A stretch of DNA of 62,153 bases, filler included, from Rhabdomonas costata (taxonomy: Eukaryota), in assembly GCA_019059605.1 (NCBI GenBank). It is 22 parts of 22 records of this genome, joined end to end, with 100 filler letters (N's around TTAATTAATTAA, not from the genome) between each part and the next. Parts side by side here need not be neighbours in the genome. Positions count along the whole stretch, not along the records: positions 1 to 2,734 come from JAHMHO010002213.1; positions 2,835 to 5,564 come from JAHMHO010002214.1; positions 5,665 to 8,395 come from JAHMHO010002215.1; positions 8,496 to 11,226 come from JAHMHO010002216.1; positions 11,327 to 14,054 come from JAHMHO010002217.1; 17 more parts are not named here. One strand, 5' to 3'. Shown here piece after piece: positions 1 to 12,202 of the stretch. The position numbers were made by a program, and so were the translations under genes. The notes beneath the pieces are model-generated. The model made no database searches. It saw only the letters and a list, made by a program, of their open reading frames with translations, and had not been told where the DNA came from. Positions within the stretch are counted from its first letter, which is position 1. Each line of letters begins with the position of its first letter.

Positions 1-271
1 GTGGTGGGTGTGTTTGGGGGGTGGTGGGACGAGGGATGCTGTGGCCAGAGGACCACGATAAACTTATACTGGCGCACACTCGTAAGACTTGTAAAAAAGC
101 CACCGTGAACTCTTCTTGGGCACGAAGCTCAACGGTCGCGCAAAAACATGCGAAACAGAATAGTGCTAAGTTTCAGCCATAAAAAACTCGCACATCTAAT
201 GAAGGGCCCGAAAACACAGCAGTTAACGAAAACACTGATACTAATTGTAACCTTCCGTGAAGCTCTCAACC

Positions 272-1856
272 GTCAGACGTCTTAGCTTGATCATATCTGG
301 AAGGAACTCTAGTTGAGAAATCGGTCTGCCCCACAGCACAGTGCGATGCCAGCGACACTGGAAAAAGAGGTGGCGAGAGGTTTGGCGCAGGACCCGGAGG
401 TTGTCACAATTTGTCATGTTCGCGATCACGCTGGGCTCCAGCTTGAAGTAGCAGCTGTAGCCGTAGGGTGCGGTGTAGTAGCACACGTCGTTGCCCGCGA
501 GGATGGTATAGCAAAGACCTGGAGTGACATTCGTGGGGCATGCGCTTCGCAGAAGACAAGCATGAGAAAATTTTCAAAAGGCATCCTCTCCAAACCAAAC
601 AACCCAGCACTGCCCCACTTCATCTGGAATTCGGTTTTGGCGCATTCCAGCCGAAAATTGAAAAGGTAAAGTCACTTTTTTGTGCTTTGTGGGAAGCAAG
701 GAAGCGACGAACTCAAAAGGAAGAGTATAGAGCCCTACAGGGACGTTGCTGACAGAAAATGCTGCCGTGATCCTTGGATACTGCTCAGCCAGAGGGGGAT
801 GCCAACTCAGACAGACCACTAATGATGTGGCGAACAGTTAATCCCTGTAAAGGCGGCGGGTTCTCTGGCACAAGCAATAATTCTGAATTCTGAATGGTTT
901 CGGAGACGGGAAGTCCGTCAGGTTTGGTGAGCGGGCCCGCATCGGCATTGCGATATTAGGGACACCGCATGGCACCACTTCCCTTACATCGCAAAAGCGG
1001 TCCATAAAAAGCAACCCATGCCGCAAAAAAGTTACCTCTGAACCTTGTTATTCACATACACACGCGCACGTACCAACGCTGCTGCACGGGGGGAGGTTAT
1101 GGTGCGTCGGGTCTTGCACCGGGCCGTAGTCACACTGGTACCCCGTTGGGGGAGAGTAGTAGCAGGACTCGGTGCCGTTGGAGATGGTGATGTAGCAGCT
1201 TTGCCTGTGTGGGACCGACCGTGTCCTTATATCCCAACGCAACTGAAATCAAACGCATTTCGGACGGCAATGCATCATTTTGGGAGTAGAGGGTGTCAAC
1301 CGATTTTGGGCTCTGTCCCACGAGACAGTTCGGGGAGTTTCGGAGTGAACGGGCAGACCAAGCTTAGTTCGTCGCGGACTTGGTGCGTGAGTGTGCATGT
1401 ATAAATATTCCTTTCATGCTTATAATCGCTTTTGAACGTTTTTACGACCCTCCCCCTCCTCAACACAGTAAGCCCTATAAATAGCTCTTCAGCCCGTCCG
1501 TTCCGCTTGTCAGCATTTTCCAAATCGCTGGGTATCTGTTAACAGAGCGACTCTTAGCCAGTGCAAAGACAACCTGCATAACGTTAAACCCTGCAAACAA
1601 AGCAAGAAAGCAGATGGAAAACACCCCCCAAAAAATTGGAATACCACTGGCATTCCTGTGCTGTAATAACACACGGGCACTCGAAAGCCCAAGAGAAAAG
1701 CCAACTTAGAGTCAAGGAACGTTTGCGAATTGTATCGCTCATCTCCAACTGTTTTATGTGAGGGGCATACGTGGGATCATCAGCGGCGAGGAACCGCAGC
1801 TGGCCCATGAAGCCCAACATCGCCAGCAACACAAAAGCAGCGCGGAAGGCGGGCAT
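272..1856 (-). CDS. Multi-exon secreted cysteine-rich protein with a repeated CY-x8-CYY-x2-P-x-GY-x-C module (partial, exon structure incompletely resolved)
   Basis: ATG at 1856 gives signal-peptide-like MPAFRAAFVLLAMLGFMGQLRFLAADD. GT donor after 1706 and a 17-nt micro-exon at 1574-1590. Two homologous segments: SCYITISNGTESCYYSPPTGYQC and LCYTILAGNDVCYYTAPYGYSC. Confidence 0.55.
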
Positions 1857-2939
1857 CTTTTTTCCTTCCTTGTGTTCGTTTTTTCTGCAGTTCGCTTTCG
1901 GAAGGAGACAAGGGGGGGGGGGACAATGGTGACACAACAAATGAGCACGACGAACACGATGGATATGAATAACAGAAAGCAGCGCTGCAAAGGTAAAATG
2001 CCGCAGGGTACCCGGAGTAGTCGAAGGGAGCTGGGAATGCAGATATAGCACCAAAAAGGCAGTCCCCCCAAGCACGTTCGAATCCAGCTTGATGAACTAT
2101 GAACTACTGGCGCAAAAGGGATGGATCAGAAGCGCAGACTTCAACACCCGAAACTCATCCTGCATCGGCAAACAACAGAATTCAGTCGACCTCTGCACTT
2201 CATCTTCAATGAAATGGTTTCAAACATGGAGCGGAGCAAACTTTCATTTTTTGAATAAACACAAGAAACAGTAAGCACCAGCGCGAACCATTGAGACAGG
2301 TCCTGACCCCTGAGCATACCAAAAGCCTATTGAAAGCAACGAAGGCTCGGAATAGATCGTGTTACACTGAAAGCCAAAATCAACTTGCAATGCAATGAAA
2401 ACATATGGCACGAAAAACTCGATCCGACGCAAAAACAGCAAGGAAACATCCAAAGAGGTGCAACGGCTATATACCAAAACCCGGACAGGGGCGAGCGAGG
2501 CTACTGACGAGCATAGAACAGTGCGCCCTGATGAGTAAAACTACAACATATCTCTCACGGATGTTGGCGCACGCGCGTACCGACTACACACACGCGTGCA
2601 CCACAGCCCTTAAAAACACCGGCACGACACCACCGAGCAACCGCAAACCGTGCACAGGGCGGGAACCTCGGCATATCTCACCACAGCGGGAGACTGGTGA
2701 ATAACAACAGGCGCCGGGGAGAAGCACCAACAAANNNNNNNNNNNNNNNNNNNNNNNNNNNNNNNNNNNNNNNNNNNNTTAATTAATTAANNNNNNNNNN
2801 NNNNNNNNNNNNNNNNNNNNNNNNNNNNNNNNNNGTGTGGAGGTGGGGTGATTCGATGCGGTGGAGGAGGTGGGTAACACCAGCAGCGGGTTCACGGGCT
2901 CTGTAGGAACATCTGAGGGTCCTAGTTCGGGCGTGTTTT

Positions 2940-4981
2940 GAAGCGATAGGGGCGAGGCCCACTGCGAGACAACCCCAAGAGCGCAGCTCACAGCGCGGTA
3001 CTCCGGGTGGTCACAGCCTCGAGGGACGTTCCACAGCGCAAACGCCGAGTCTCCCACGACCTTGTCCAGAACCCCGTGCCACAAACTCACTACATCGTGG
3101 ACAAGGCTAACGAAGCGACTGTGCAGGCATGCCTGCGGAGAAAAGGACCTTAAAAGAAACATCACGTCATGATAGATGTTTACCGCATTTTTCGGACGAC
3201 TGTGCGCACACGCGCACTGGTTGTTGCGCAACTACACTGGGAAAGAAAGGATACCGATCAAAAGACACGAAATAAATCGGAAACATACGCACATACGCAC
3301 ATGCACATACACAGGACGTGCGCACGTCAGTTCAACAGCCAGCGCGTCCTGCGTCCAACATACAGACATACACACATGGTGCACTTGGCCAAGACGACTT
3401 TTTCTGGGGTGGACTTGCGTGTCTCTTCCCCCCTGGGCTACCCACCCTCGATGGGGGCATGGGCCTCTGTGTGTGGCATTCACGGATGTCATTGCCTGCA
3501 CTCTTTCTGTCTGTGTGCTTCCCTTCGATCCCCAGTGCTCCTTCCCATCTGCTTGGGCTGGTCGCCGTGGTCGTTTCGGGGCGTACCTTCACGTTCATCA
3601 AAGACTTGGGTTCTCAGGTGGCGTCGATCGGGGAGACTTGTCGAGCCGAACTTCTCCGCCAGTTCTTGGCGTCCCCAGGGACGGCTAGCGTTGCATCCTG
3701 TGCTGTGGTCCACTTGAGCTGTCTTTCCCTGTGCTTGGCCATCCTGTTCTCGTCTTCGTCGGTAATCATCTGGGATCTTTACCATTCCCCCTTTGCTCTC
3801 TCTCTCTCTCTCTCTCGCTGTCTCACTTCCTACACATACATAAGTCATCTCGTCCACGTTACACACACACACACACACACACACACACTTACACGCACAC
3901 ACTCATTCAGCAGGTGCAAAAATGCACGCCTGCAAGACTGCATAAAAACCCAACTTAAACGTCTGCGAAAAAACGGGCGGGGGTTTGGTATAAAAGGACC
4001 TGTCCGAAGTCCACGGCTCCTGCAACCCCAACACCGGAGAGGTCGAAGCATGACACAGTGCATAGCAGAGGTCGCAGCAGCGGGGCCGGGCATAACGGGC
4101 AAACCAAGCCCCAGTCAGGAAACGCTGTAGTGTCCGCGTCCAAGGGATCACTAAGGACGCCAGGGATAAGCCCCAGAAGACCCATGGTGTTGGTTGGAGC
4201 CAGCGTCTGGGGCTCGGGACAGTCCTTGTCCGCGGCTAGGCGCAGGTCCCGCTGCCGTCGCACCCAAAGCGTCTCCGGCATGAACTTCCGGTATTCCCGA
4301 AGGCATTGACACAGCGTTTCAAAAGACCGCATGAGGTCGTTGAGCTCACTTAGCCGGGACTGGGGAAAATTCATGTGCTCGGTAACCTTCATCCGACTGA
4401 GCAGCTTCATGTCTCGCACGAGCTGTCTCAGGGGATGGGTCAGCAGCCTCACGAAGAGCAGCGAGAGGATACAGGTTTGGGACAGAATATGGGTGTGGTG
4501 GGGTACAGCAACAATGGATTTCATCCGCTGCATTGTACTGCATTATGACTGGAATTTTGGACAGTGGGGCGGACAGCTGCAGGACTCGAGCAATAGTGAC
4601 ATATTCCAAATTCAGCCGTTGGGATGGATTGAACTCAAAATTAGCGCGGCAAAGAGAGCAGGGGGATCGGAAGAGAATAGGATGGATGGGAAAAAAAGGG
4701 AAGTGACTTCTGCAGCTATGTGCCGAGGAAAGATGACGGGAAGACGGCCATCGTACCATGACGGGATCCTATCGAAACGCCCTGTTCCGTCTTCCGTGAT
4801 AGAAAACCATACAATAGGGGACTTCGCAAGTTGTGAAAGACGAAACAGAGGGAAGGCTGGTCGCAAGGGCACACCCCACAATACAGCAGACCACAATCGT
4901 CGTGTTGACCCGTACTCCGGAGTACACTCGGCCCGTCCAGGATCCGGTGTCCGTGGCAACCACCACAACCCAATCCAGGCC
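2940..4981 (-). CDS. Receptor-type class III adenylate/guanylate cyclase fragment (TM-HAMP-cyclase), multi-exon
   Basis: Exon from 4981: GLDWVVVATD...TTIVVCCIVGCALA. HAMP-like HPLRQLVRDMKLLSRM...SELNDLMRSFETLCQCLREYRKFMP. Catalytic segment GVLDKVVGDSAFALWNVP...HPEYRAVSCAL. Confidence 0.8.
3861..3888. repeat. (CA)n microsatellite, intronic
   Basis: Uninterrupted AC dinucleotide run. Confidence 0.9.
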
Positions 4982-5664
4982 CTGAACGGGGTAATCACAG
5001 GGTTATCAACCGCCACCAGTCGTGACTCCCCGACATAGATCGGTAAGAGTAGCGTGGAGTGACTAAGCTCGCGGGGTGAGGTCATAAACGACAAGGGTGG
5101 TTCCCAGCACACCGGTCTTGGTCTTGCTTCTCTCCTCGGTCGGTTCCCCGACCCAAAGGACTTAAATCACGATCATGGTCGTCGCTCCACCCCTAACGCT
5201 CCACCTCCACCTCCAATGTTGTGTAGCTCCAATAACCCCTCAGTCACGGTCTACGATACGAGGGAGTCACCGGTGTTCTCGAGTCAGCATCACCACGGTC
5301 GGGTTTCTACCTACTCTGCCACGTTCTGCCATCTTCTGTGCCGGTAGTGGACATCTCGAACTCCAGTGGTGGCTCATCTCACAGGTATCCTATCATTGTG
5401 TGTGAGTCAGTGGGTCAGTGGGTCAGTTTCTGTCACCACTGGTGCGCCCTAAAGAATTGGACTGTATCCTCAGCAACAAGGAACCTACCACCGAGAAGTC
5501 AGGCAGCTGACCTCAATCGGGATCTGCCTCATACGTGTGGTTTGAGTACAAGGAGATAAGGACCNNNNNNNNNNNNNNNNNNNNNNNNNNNNNNNNNNNN
5601 NNNNNNNNTTAATTAATTAANNNNNNNNNNNNNNNNNNNNNNNNNNNNNNNNNNNNNNNNNNNN

Positions 5665-6453
5665 GGGGTTGGGTTCCTCCTTTTGGAGGGGCGTATGTCG
5701 CAAAGAGAAATTGCTCGCTGTTACAAAATCTCTCTCAAGCAACGGTGGCTAAGATTAAATTAAGAAAGCAGGGCCAGCTGGGCTTCGCAGCAAGAAGCGT
5801 ATCTGCAGAGGTGGCCGCCCACGTGCTCTTGGAATCAGGCAAACGAGGCTTCTTCTCCGGTTGCTCGAAAAGGAGTTCTTTCTGAAGAAGTGAAATAGAC
5901 CGCAAGGTTGCATGGTTTCCAAGCCAAAGTCGATCTGGAGCATGTCCGTGGGCTTTTATCTTGGTTATATGAGCCTCGTGCCTTCTCCTGAAAGGGTCAC
6001 CACGAGGGAACTGACGGGCGAACCTTGAAGTTCCTTGTTGCCATCTCAAATGGCAAAGGGGTAGTTATCTACAACAAACTTCACCGTATGACGGGCAGTT
6101 GATTTGCAAAATTGGTGAAAGAAGTGTTCTCGCAAGCCTTTTTGATCTGCAACAAACGCAGGCTGTTTTTGCAGGACAACTGCCCCTGCCAAAACGGCCA
6201 CGTAGCTAAAAGGGTCAGAAAAAGGCTGTCTGCGGCCCAGGTTTTCATTCCCCCTCGATCCCCCGACCTCAACCCAATCGAGAATATCTTTCGCATCGTG
6301 AAGCAGCGTCTTTCTGACGACGCTTACAATCGGCGAATTTATCATGAGACACCTGGCCAGTTCGCATTAACAATCAGGGATGCGCTGGACGCCGTGGTCC
6401 GCCAGCCCGGCGACAATACCATTGAAAGCATGCCACCCGATTCAAACAGGTAG
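5665..6453 (+). mobile_element. Degenerate Tc1-family (DD34E) transposase
   Basis: Frameshifted N-terminal HTH (MSQREIARCYKIS/QATVAKIK). Catalytic FLQDNCPCQ...IPPRSPDLNPIENIF has exactly 34 residues between D and E. Confidence 0.88.
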
Positions 6454-7595
6454 GGCGCCGCTCTTATTTCAATTTGGTTACGTAGCATAGTGTCGTTTAC
6501 CGGTTTTTACCCAATTCCCATTCCAGGTCATCTCCGCTCGTGGAGGTCGCTCCCGTTACAAGCAATTAGAGCCATTTGGTTGGTTCTACTTGCGGGATTT
6601 TGCTGTGCGGATTTGAGAAAGTGAGCTGGGACCGATGCTGTATGCTGAGATGATGATGAACAGTTCAGGGCAAAAAGACTTTTCCCATTCCCTTGCTTCG
6701 TCATCCCTGGATCATCCTGTAGGGAAACTACCGGCGACAAAACTCTGTGATAAATTGATGAAGAGAGTGAGAAAGCCACAGAATTTGGGAATATTACCGG
6801 TGATCACAGAGGTTTTGACACATGTTGCTGGTTCTGTTACAGACAGATATTCGCGCCCTGAAAAGGCAAATGAGGTTTTCTCGCGTGAAGCGCGACTTTA
6901 TGGAAAGAGGTTCAGGACTTTTTCATTTCTATTTTGAATGGGTTTTTCGTCTGCGTACAATGTTTTGCGCTGAAAGGGTACTTTAACGCTTATCTTCTGC
7001 CAACTCAAGATATGCGGCAGCGGGGGGAGTCGTTTCCCCGGATGGCCTCCTGCCTGGGGCACAGTACTGGCGGAGTTGGCCTTTTTCTGTCTTCGTGCGC
7101 AGCACTATCACGACACTAGCAGCTGCTGCGTGCTTTGTTATTCCTGTACTCCGAAACTCCTGATGGGTATGGCACTGGCTTGAATTATCCCGTCTACAAG
7201 CTTTTTCTGGACCGACAGAAGTCAAAAGTGAAGCAGTCCCGCCGCCCAGCCTGCAGGAATGAACGCCGTTTACAAAATATTTTCGCGGCTCTCCAATGCT
7301 TGTTCGTTTGCAAAGCCATTTCACCCAGTCTGGCAGGTCTCAAGAATCATAGCGAATGTTTGTTAAATTTTCGCATGGCGCAATCCAGATATGACGTGGG
7401 GAAGTCTTTTTCAGGCGAACAGAGAGATGTGATGCGGCTTTGTGCAAAATGTCCGCCTATTATTTCAAATATTTGGTTTGATCATGGGATATTTTTTCGA
7501 AGGTAGTGCCAGTGCTAGAATAGAGTTGAGAGCTTGAAATGGGCGGCAATCTGAATTCCCCAACGGGTCGTTCCGCACTACAGGCGATCGGTGAC

Positions 7596-7621
7596 GGGTA
7601 GGGTTACGGTTAGGGTTAGGG
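7596..7621 (+). repeat. Short degenerate interstitial telomere-like (TTAGGG) tract
   Basis: gggtagggttacggttagggttaggg. Confidence 0.7.
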
Positions 7622-10111
7622 GTGTGTTTCGAAGGGATGGCGGTGGGTGGGGTGCAGAGGGTGAGCCTCTGGCCTGCGGCAATGCTCACGGGTGTGTTGC
7701 CGCGGAGATTGACCGTGGCAAGGGCACCCCGCACCCGCACCCCAACACGGCCGGGCTTCACCAATGGCTGTGGTGAAGAAGGGCGCAAGCAAGGAAGAGT
7801 ACCACACACAGAAAGACACAGACACGGGAGGAGGGCTATCACATATTGGAACCAGCAATGGATATGACAAGACTGGAAGAACGCGCGAGGGCACTCCCAG
7901 AAGTTTTCGGCAAGACGCAAGCAGATCTTAAATTCAATGGTTCACAGCAGGCTCGCGCGCATTTGTCAATCACATGAGAACGGGACAAGCCCAATGGGAG
8001 ACAGCCTGCTGGCCTCTCCGCTAGCCGAAGCGCAGGAGAGCATGGGATTTGGACCGCTGGAAGAGAACCCCACGGAAACCAGTGCAAACCAAGTGAACGT
8101 GAGGAGAAAACTTAACGGCTCACGGCTAGGTCCCACTCGGTTCAACCTGGATTCCGAATCTTTGAGAAACGAGCCAGAAAGTGTAAACGCAACAAGGAAG
8201 GGTTGCCTAAAAAAACCAAAGGGAGGTGGTCTCAGCAAAGAGGGCAAACACACGGGAGGGATTTGGACTGTTGAACTGCGTCACAGCTGGGGAAAACATA
8301 TGTGAAATGGACAGGGCTTTCGAAAAAAAGAAGCAGATAGAGGGTTGATATGAACACGGTGTGCTTGACTCAAAATAATGGGCGGGGGGGGGGGGNNNNN
8401 NNNNNNNNNNNNNNNNNNNNNNNNNNNNNNNNNNNNNNNTTAATTAATTAANNNNNNNNNNNNNNNNNNNNNNNNNNNNNNNNNNNNNNNNNNNNTTGTT
8501 GGGGGTCCCACCCTGGGGGCTGCGCCCCGCAGCAACGGTGGTTTGAGCGCACGGGCGTCTCGTGTAGTCCTCTGGCGGCTTTGAGTCCCGCTATCGGGCC
8601 GATTTTGTAATGATGAAAATTGCCCGGCTTCATGGATAATCTGCAGGCATTGGTGGTTATAGGCGGCCTCAGGAATGGAAGGTGGTGGTGGTTTTTGTCT
8701 CTTCTTGGGTCGTTGTTGGTTTTTTGGCGCATTGTACCCATTCGGTTTCTTTTGTTATGGAACATTGTCGCGCACACAATCGACCAGTTTTTCGAAACAA
8801 GAAACGTTCCGAGATGTACGCCTCGCTTTCTCCAGGCCCTACTTGAGCGCATCAAATTGTGAAAGCGTTTCCTTTCTCTTTACACTCCCTTTGTGAAATT
8901 TGCCTTCCTTGCCCTTCGGCCTTTCCAGATGATATCGCGCCCTTCACAACGTTCTGCTTGCCGCGCGTGCTGCCTGCCATTCACCACCGCGGCCCGGTTG
9001 TTTGACGTTTCTTGTTTTTAAAAACGGGACGATATTGTAAATATTCTTTTTGTGAGGATTGCCGTACTCTTGACACCCCGTCTGTGCGGGCATGCCTAGT
9101 GCAACGTTCTTTCAAAAGATAAAGACTTCTCCAAGAGAAAATATTCAATAAAATTCGATCCCGAAAAGCGGCGAAGAGAAAATATGCCTACCCTACCAAA
9201 AAAAAAACAGCTAAACAGAGAAAAGAAAACATGCTACAAGATGCGGCAAAAAATTACAACTGCCCAATGTGCAAAAAAACACTCGACCTAAAAAGGGCCA
9301 TCATTATGAATTAATTCACCACCTCGCGTGAAAACGCTTGTAAGCTCCCATATTTGCACTATTATGAATTGCTAGCATAAGCGTTTTTAAAATAAGCCAC
9401 TTCCACCGACAGTGGCGCCTGGGTCGTGTTTTACGCTCGTTTTTCGCCTATTTTTGATCATTTTTGTGGTACAAGTGGAATGGGGTAATAAGATACAGAA
9501 TTATTGTCCATTTTATTTCCCCTCAGCAGAGTCAAACCAAAACAACTGCCTCCCCCTCTTTTCCCAGTTGCTTTTGCCTCACGGTTTTTTTACTCCGCGT
9601 GGTGACCACTGCAGAGGAAAAACTTGTTTAAATTCTTTTCGCTTTCACTTAAATTATCGCCTTTTACTTTTCTACAAACTGTGAACAATGCTGACATGGA
9701 ACAATGTTTCGAGTTTTTTCAATTGCATTTTTTGCACTCGTGCCCCACCTGAGAGCACACAAACCGTGAATGTAAACAGCACTGCTTACTCCCCGGTACG
9801 CGGAGGTCGAGATACGGTAGAAACCCCCGGTAATGTACAGCCCTCCCTGCACAGCCATCCCAGCTTCTGCTGTAAAACCTCCTTGGCCGAAATCTTTCGG
9901 CGCCAACGTGACCCCGTTGACAAAATTCCACACGTCAGGATAAACGCCCGAGTACCGCAGACTCCACTAAATGGAAACCAAGGAAGAGCCTCAGAGACCA
10001 GTAAAACCGACATTGGAAGTTGGAATTTCCCAATGGTCCCCATCAGAAGTGCTCCATACATGCGGTGGATGTGCAACACTTTCCTCAATGAAAAAGAAAA
10101 AGAAAGCACCA

Positions 10112-11226
10112 CTGGGCTGAGATTTTGCTTGTTTTTCTTGTTCTTGTCTTTCACTCTATATGCATGTCCAAACAAAGTTACCCCTTTAAGAAAATCTAGT
10201 AAAGAAGCAGTGTGTGGAAATTACCAAACTGAAAAATGCCTATGTGAATTCACCTGCAGTTTTCTTTTAAACAAACTTTTAAAGTCACTTGTTCACAACA
10301 GCTAGTGAAAGGATAACATACCACACATCAAATAACCTTGGATAGCTAGATAATGAATGCTATTCAAATGCAGATTACATTACATTTTATTATGCCCAAA
10401 TAAAAACAACCGATGCGGGCGAGAGCCAATCGCCTGTACATACGTTGTGTGTGCGACAATGTTCCATAACAAAAGAAACACATCGGGTAAAATTCGGAAA
10501 AACTCCAAAACCACCCACGATCAAACAAAAAACCCGCTTTTTAGCGGGTGCCCCATTTAAAATGATTATCATACTTTTTGAATAATTTCTTCACTGCTGT
10601 TGCTCGTGTCCATGTTATAGTGTAGGTGCCTCATACACATGCTGCCATTTTTCTGTTCTTGGTCCTGGTGCCCAAATATCATTAACTCAGAAAATCAATT
10701 GAATTGAAAAAAGAGGCAGGAAACCGAAATTTTACGAAAGCGCCCACAAGTTAACGTGGTAGCACGGTCTACTGGTATCTTTAACGTAGGCGAACACAAG
10801 CAACAGCAGTGAAGAAATTATTCAAAAAGTATGATAATCACTTTAAATGGGGCACCCGCTAAAAAGCGGGTTTTTTGTTTGATCTTGGGTCGTTTTGGAG
10901 TTTCTCGCGAATTTTACCCAATCTGTTTCTTTTTTTATGGAACATTGTCGCACACACAACGTATGCACAGGCGATTGGCTCTCGCCCGCATCGGCTGTTT
11001 TTGTGTGGGCATAATAAAGTGTAATGTAATCTGCATTTTCCTTTCACTAACTGTAGTGAACAAGTGACTTTAAAAGTTTGTTTAAAAGAAAACTGCAGGT
11101 GAATTCACATAGGCATTTTTCAGTTTGGTAAGTTCCACACACTGCTTCTTTACCAGATTTTCTTAAAGGGACATGCACATAGAGTGAAAGACAAGAACAA
11201 GAAAAGCAAGCAAAATCTCAGCCCAG
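10112..11226. repeat. Long diverged inverted repeat (arms ~10112-10609 and ~10793-11226, ~180-bp spacer)
   Basis: ctgggctgagattttgctt... at 10112 is the reverse complement of ...aagcaaaatctcagcccag at 11226. Arms differ by scattered substitutions and two indels (~12 and ~50 bp). Confidence 0.92.
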
Positions 11227-12202
11227 NNNNNNNNNNNNNNNNNNNNNNNNNNNNNNNNNNNNNNNNNNNNTTAATTAATTAANNNNNNNNNNNNNNNNNN
11301 NNNNNNNNNNNNNNNNNNNNNNNNNNTTTTTGTTGGTAAGCTTTTTTTTGGTTGCATCGTGCAATGAATGTATTGAAAAAGGTCAAGGTGTGCAGCCTGT
11401 CTGCGCCTTTTTTCTTTATTTTGTGCTGGTGCAAATGACTCCAGGCCTGTTTCGGTCGCCTTGCATTTCCTCCTGCTCCTGTGTGTTCCGCCTGCCCCTG
11501 AACGGTGCTCCTGCACCTCCCGCGAAACGGAATTCTGAACTGAGTGGCATTGATTTGAATTGAACTTTTTGGTCCACGTCGAGGTTTGAGGCATGCACAA
11601 CCCTGCGCTGGTCAGCTCTGCCTTTTCATCAATGCGGTGCTTTGGTAAGATTTGAAGGAGCTGAACTCTTAAGTTTAAACCTTGTTGAGAGTAGGTGAAC
11701 ACCATGTTACCAGAAGTATCTGGAGTTTCCCAAGTGTGGATTTTCAGTGCATCTAAAGAGGGTGTGAACATGTGAAGTTCATAATCCACTTCAAGAGAAT
11801 GAATTAGGTGCTGGAATTTACCTTCACACCTTGCAGTGAAAGGTTCATTTCAAAAGAGTGGGTAGCAGTTGCCTTCCTGTGGCCTTCCTGTGAAAATGTT
11901 GGTTCTCATCGTCCGAGAACCAGCTTACTACGCCATGGGAGCAGAAAGAACCGGCCTCTGAATTCGTGCGTGCCCCCCAACTCATTTTGCATGTGCTGTG
12001 CACTGCGGGCGGAAAGTTGCGCATATTACTGTTTCAAGAGAGTGAAAAGTGTCTCCAATCTTTTTTCCCCATCTGATATCCCCCGGCCGGTACTAACTGC
12101 TTGCAAAAAAAATTGTTAGATCTGAGGTATAATGAACTCAGGCTTGAACACATCCGCAAAAAGTGAGGCTGCAAGGCTGAGGCATCTCCCTTCGCCCTTC
12201 AG

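Noticed and set aside
1-27. Shared G/T-only starts (gtggtgggtgtgtttgg here and at 25474) and A/C-only ends on many contigs
   Set aside because: Confined to contig termini and resembling G/T quasi-random primers of whole-genome amplification kits. Not telomeres or element ends.
2735-2834. Regularly spaced TTAATTAATTAA motif and ORFs ending in X-runs or 'LIN'
   Set aside because: Artificial contig linker repeated 21 times. Not a CRISPR array or biological repeat.
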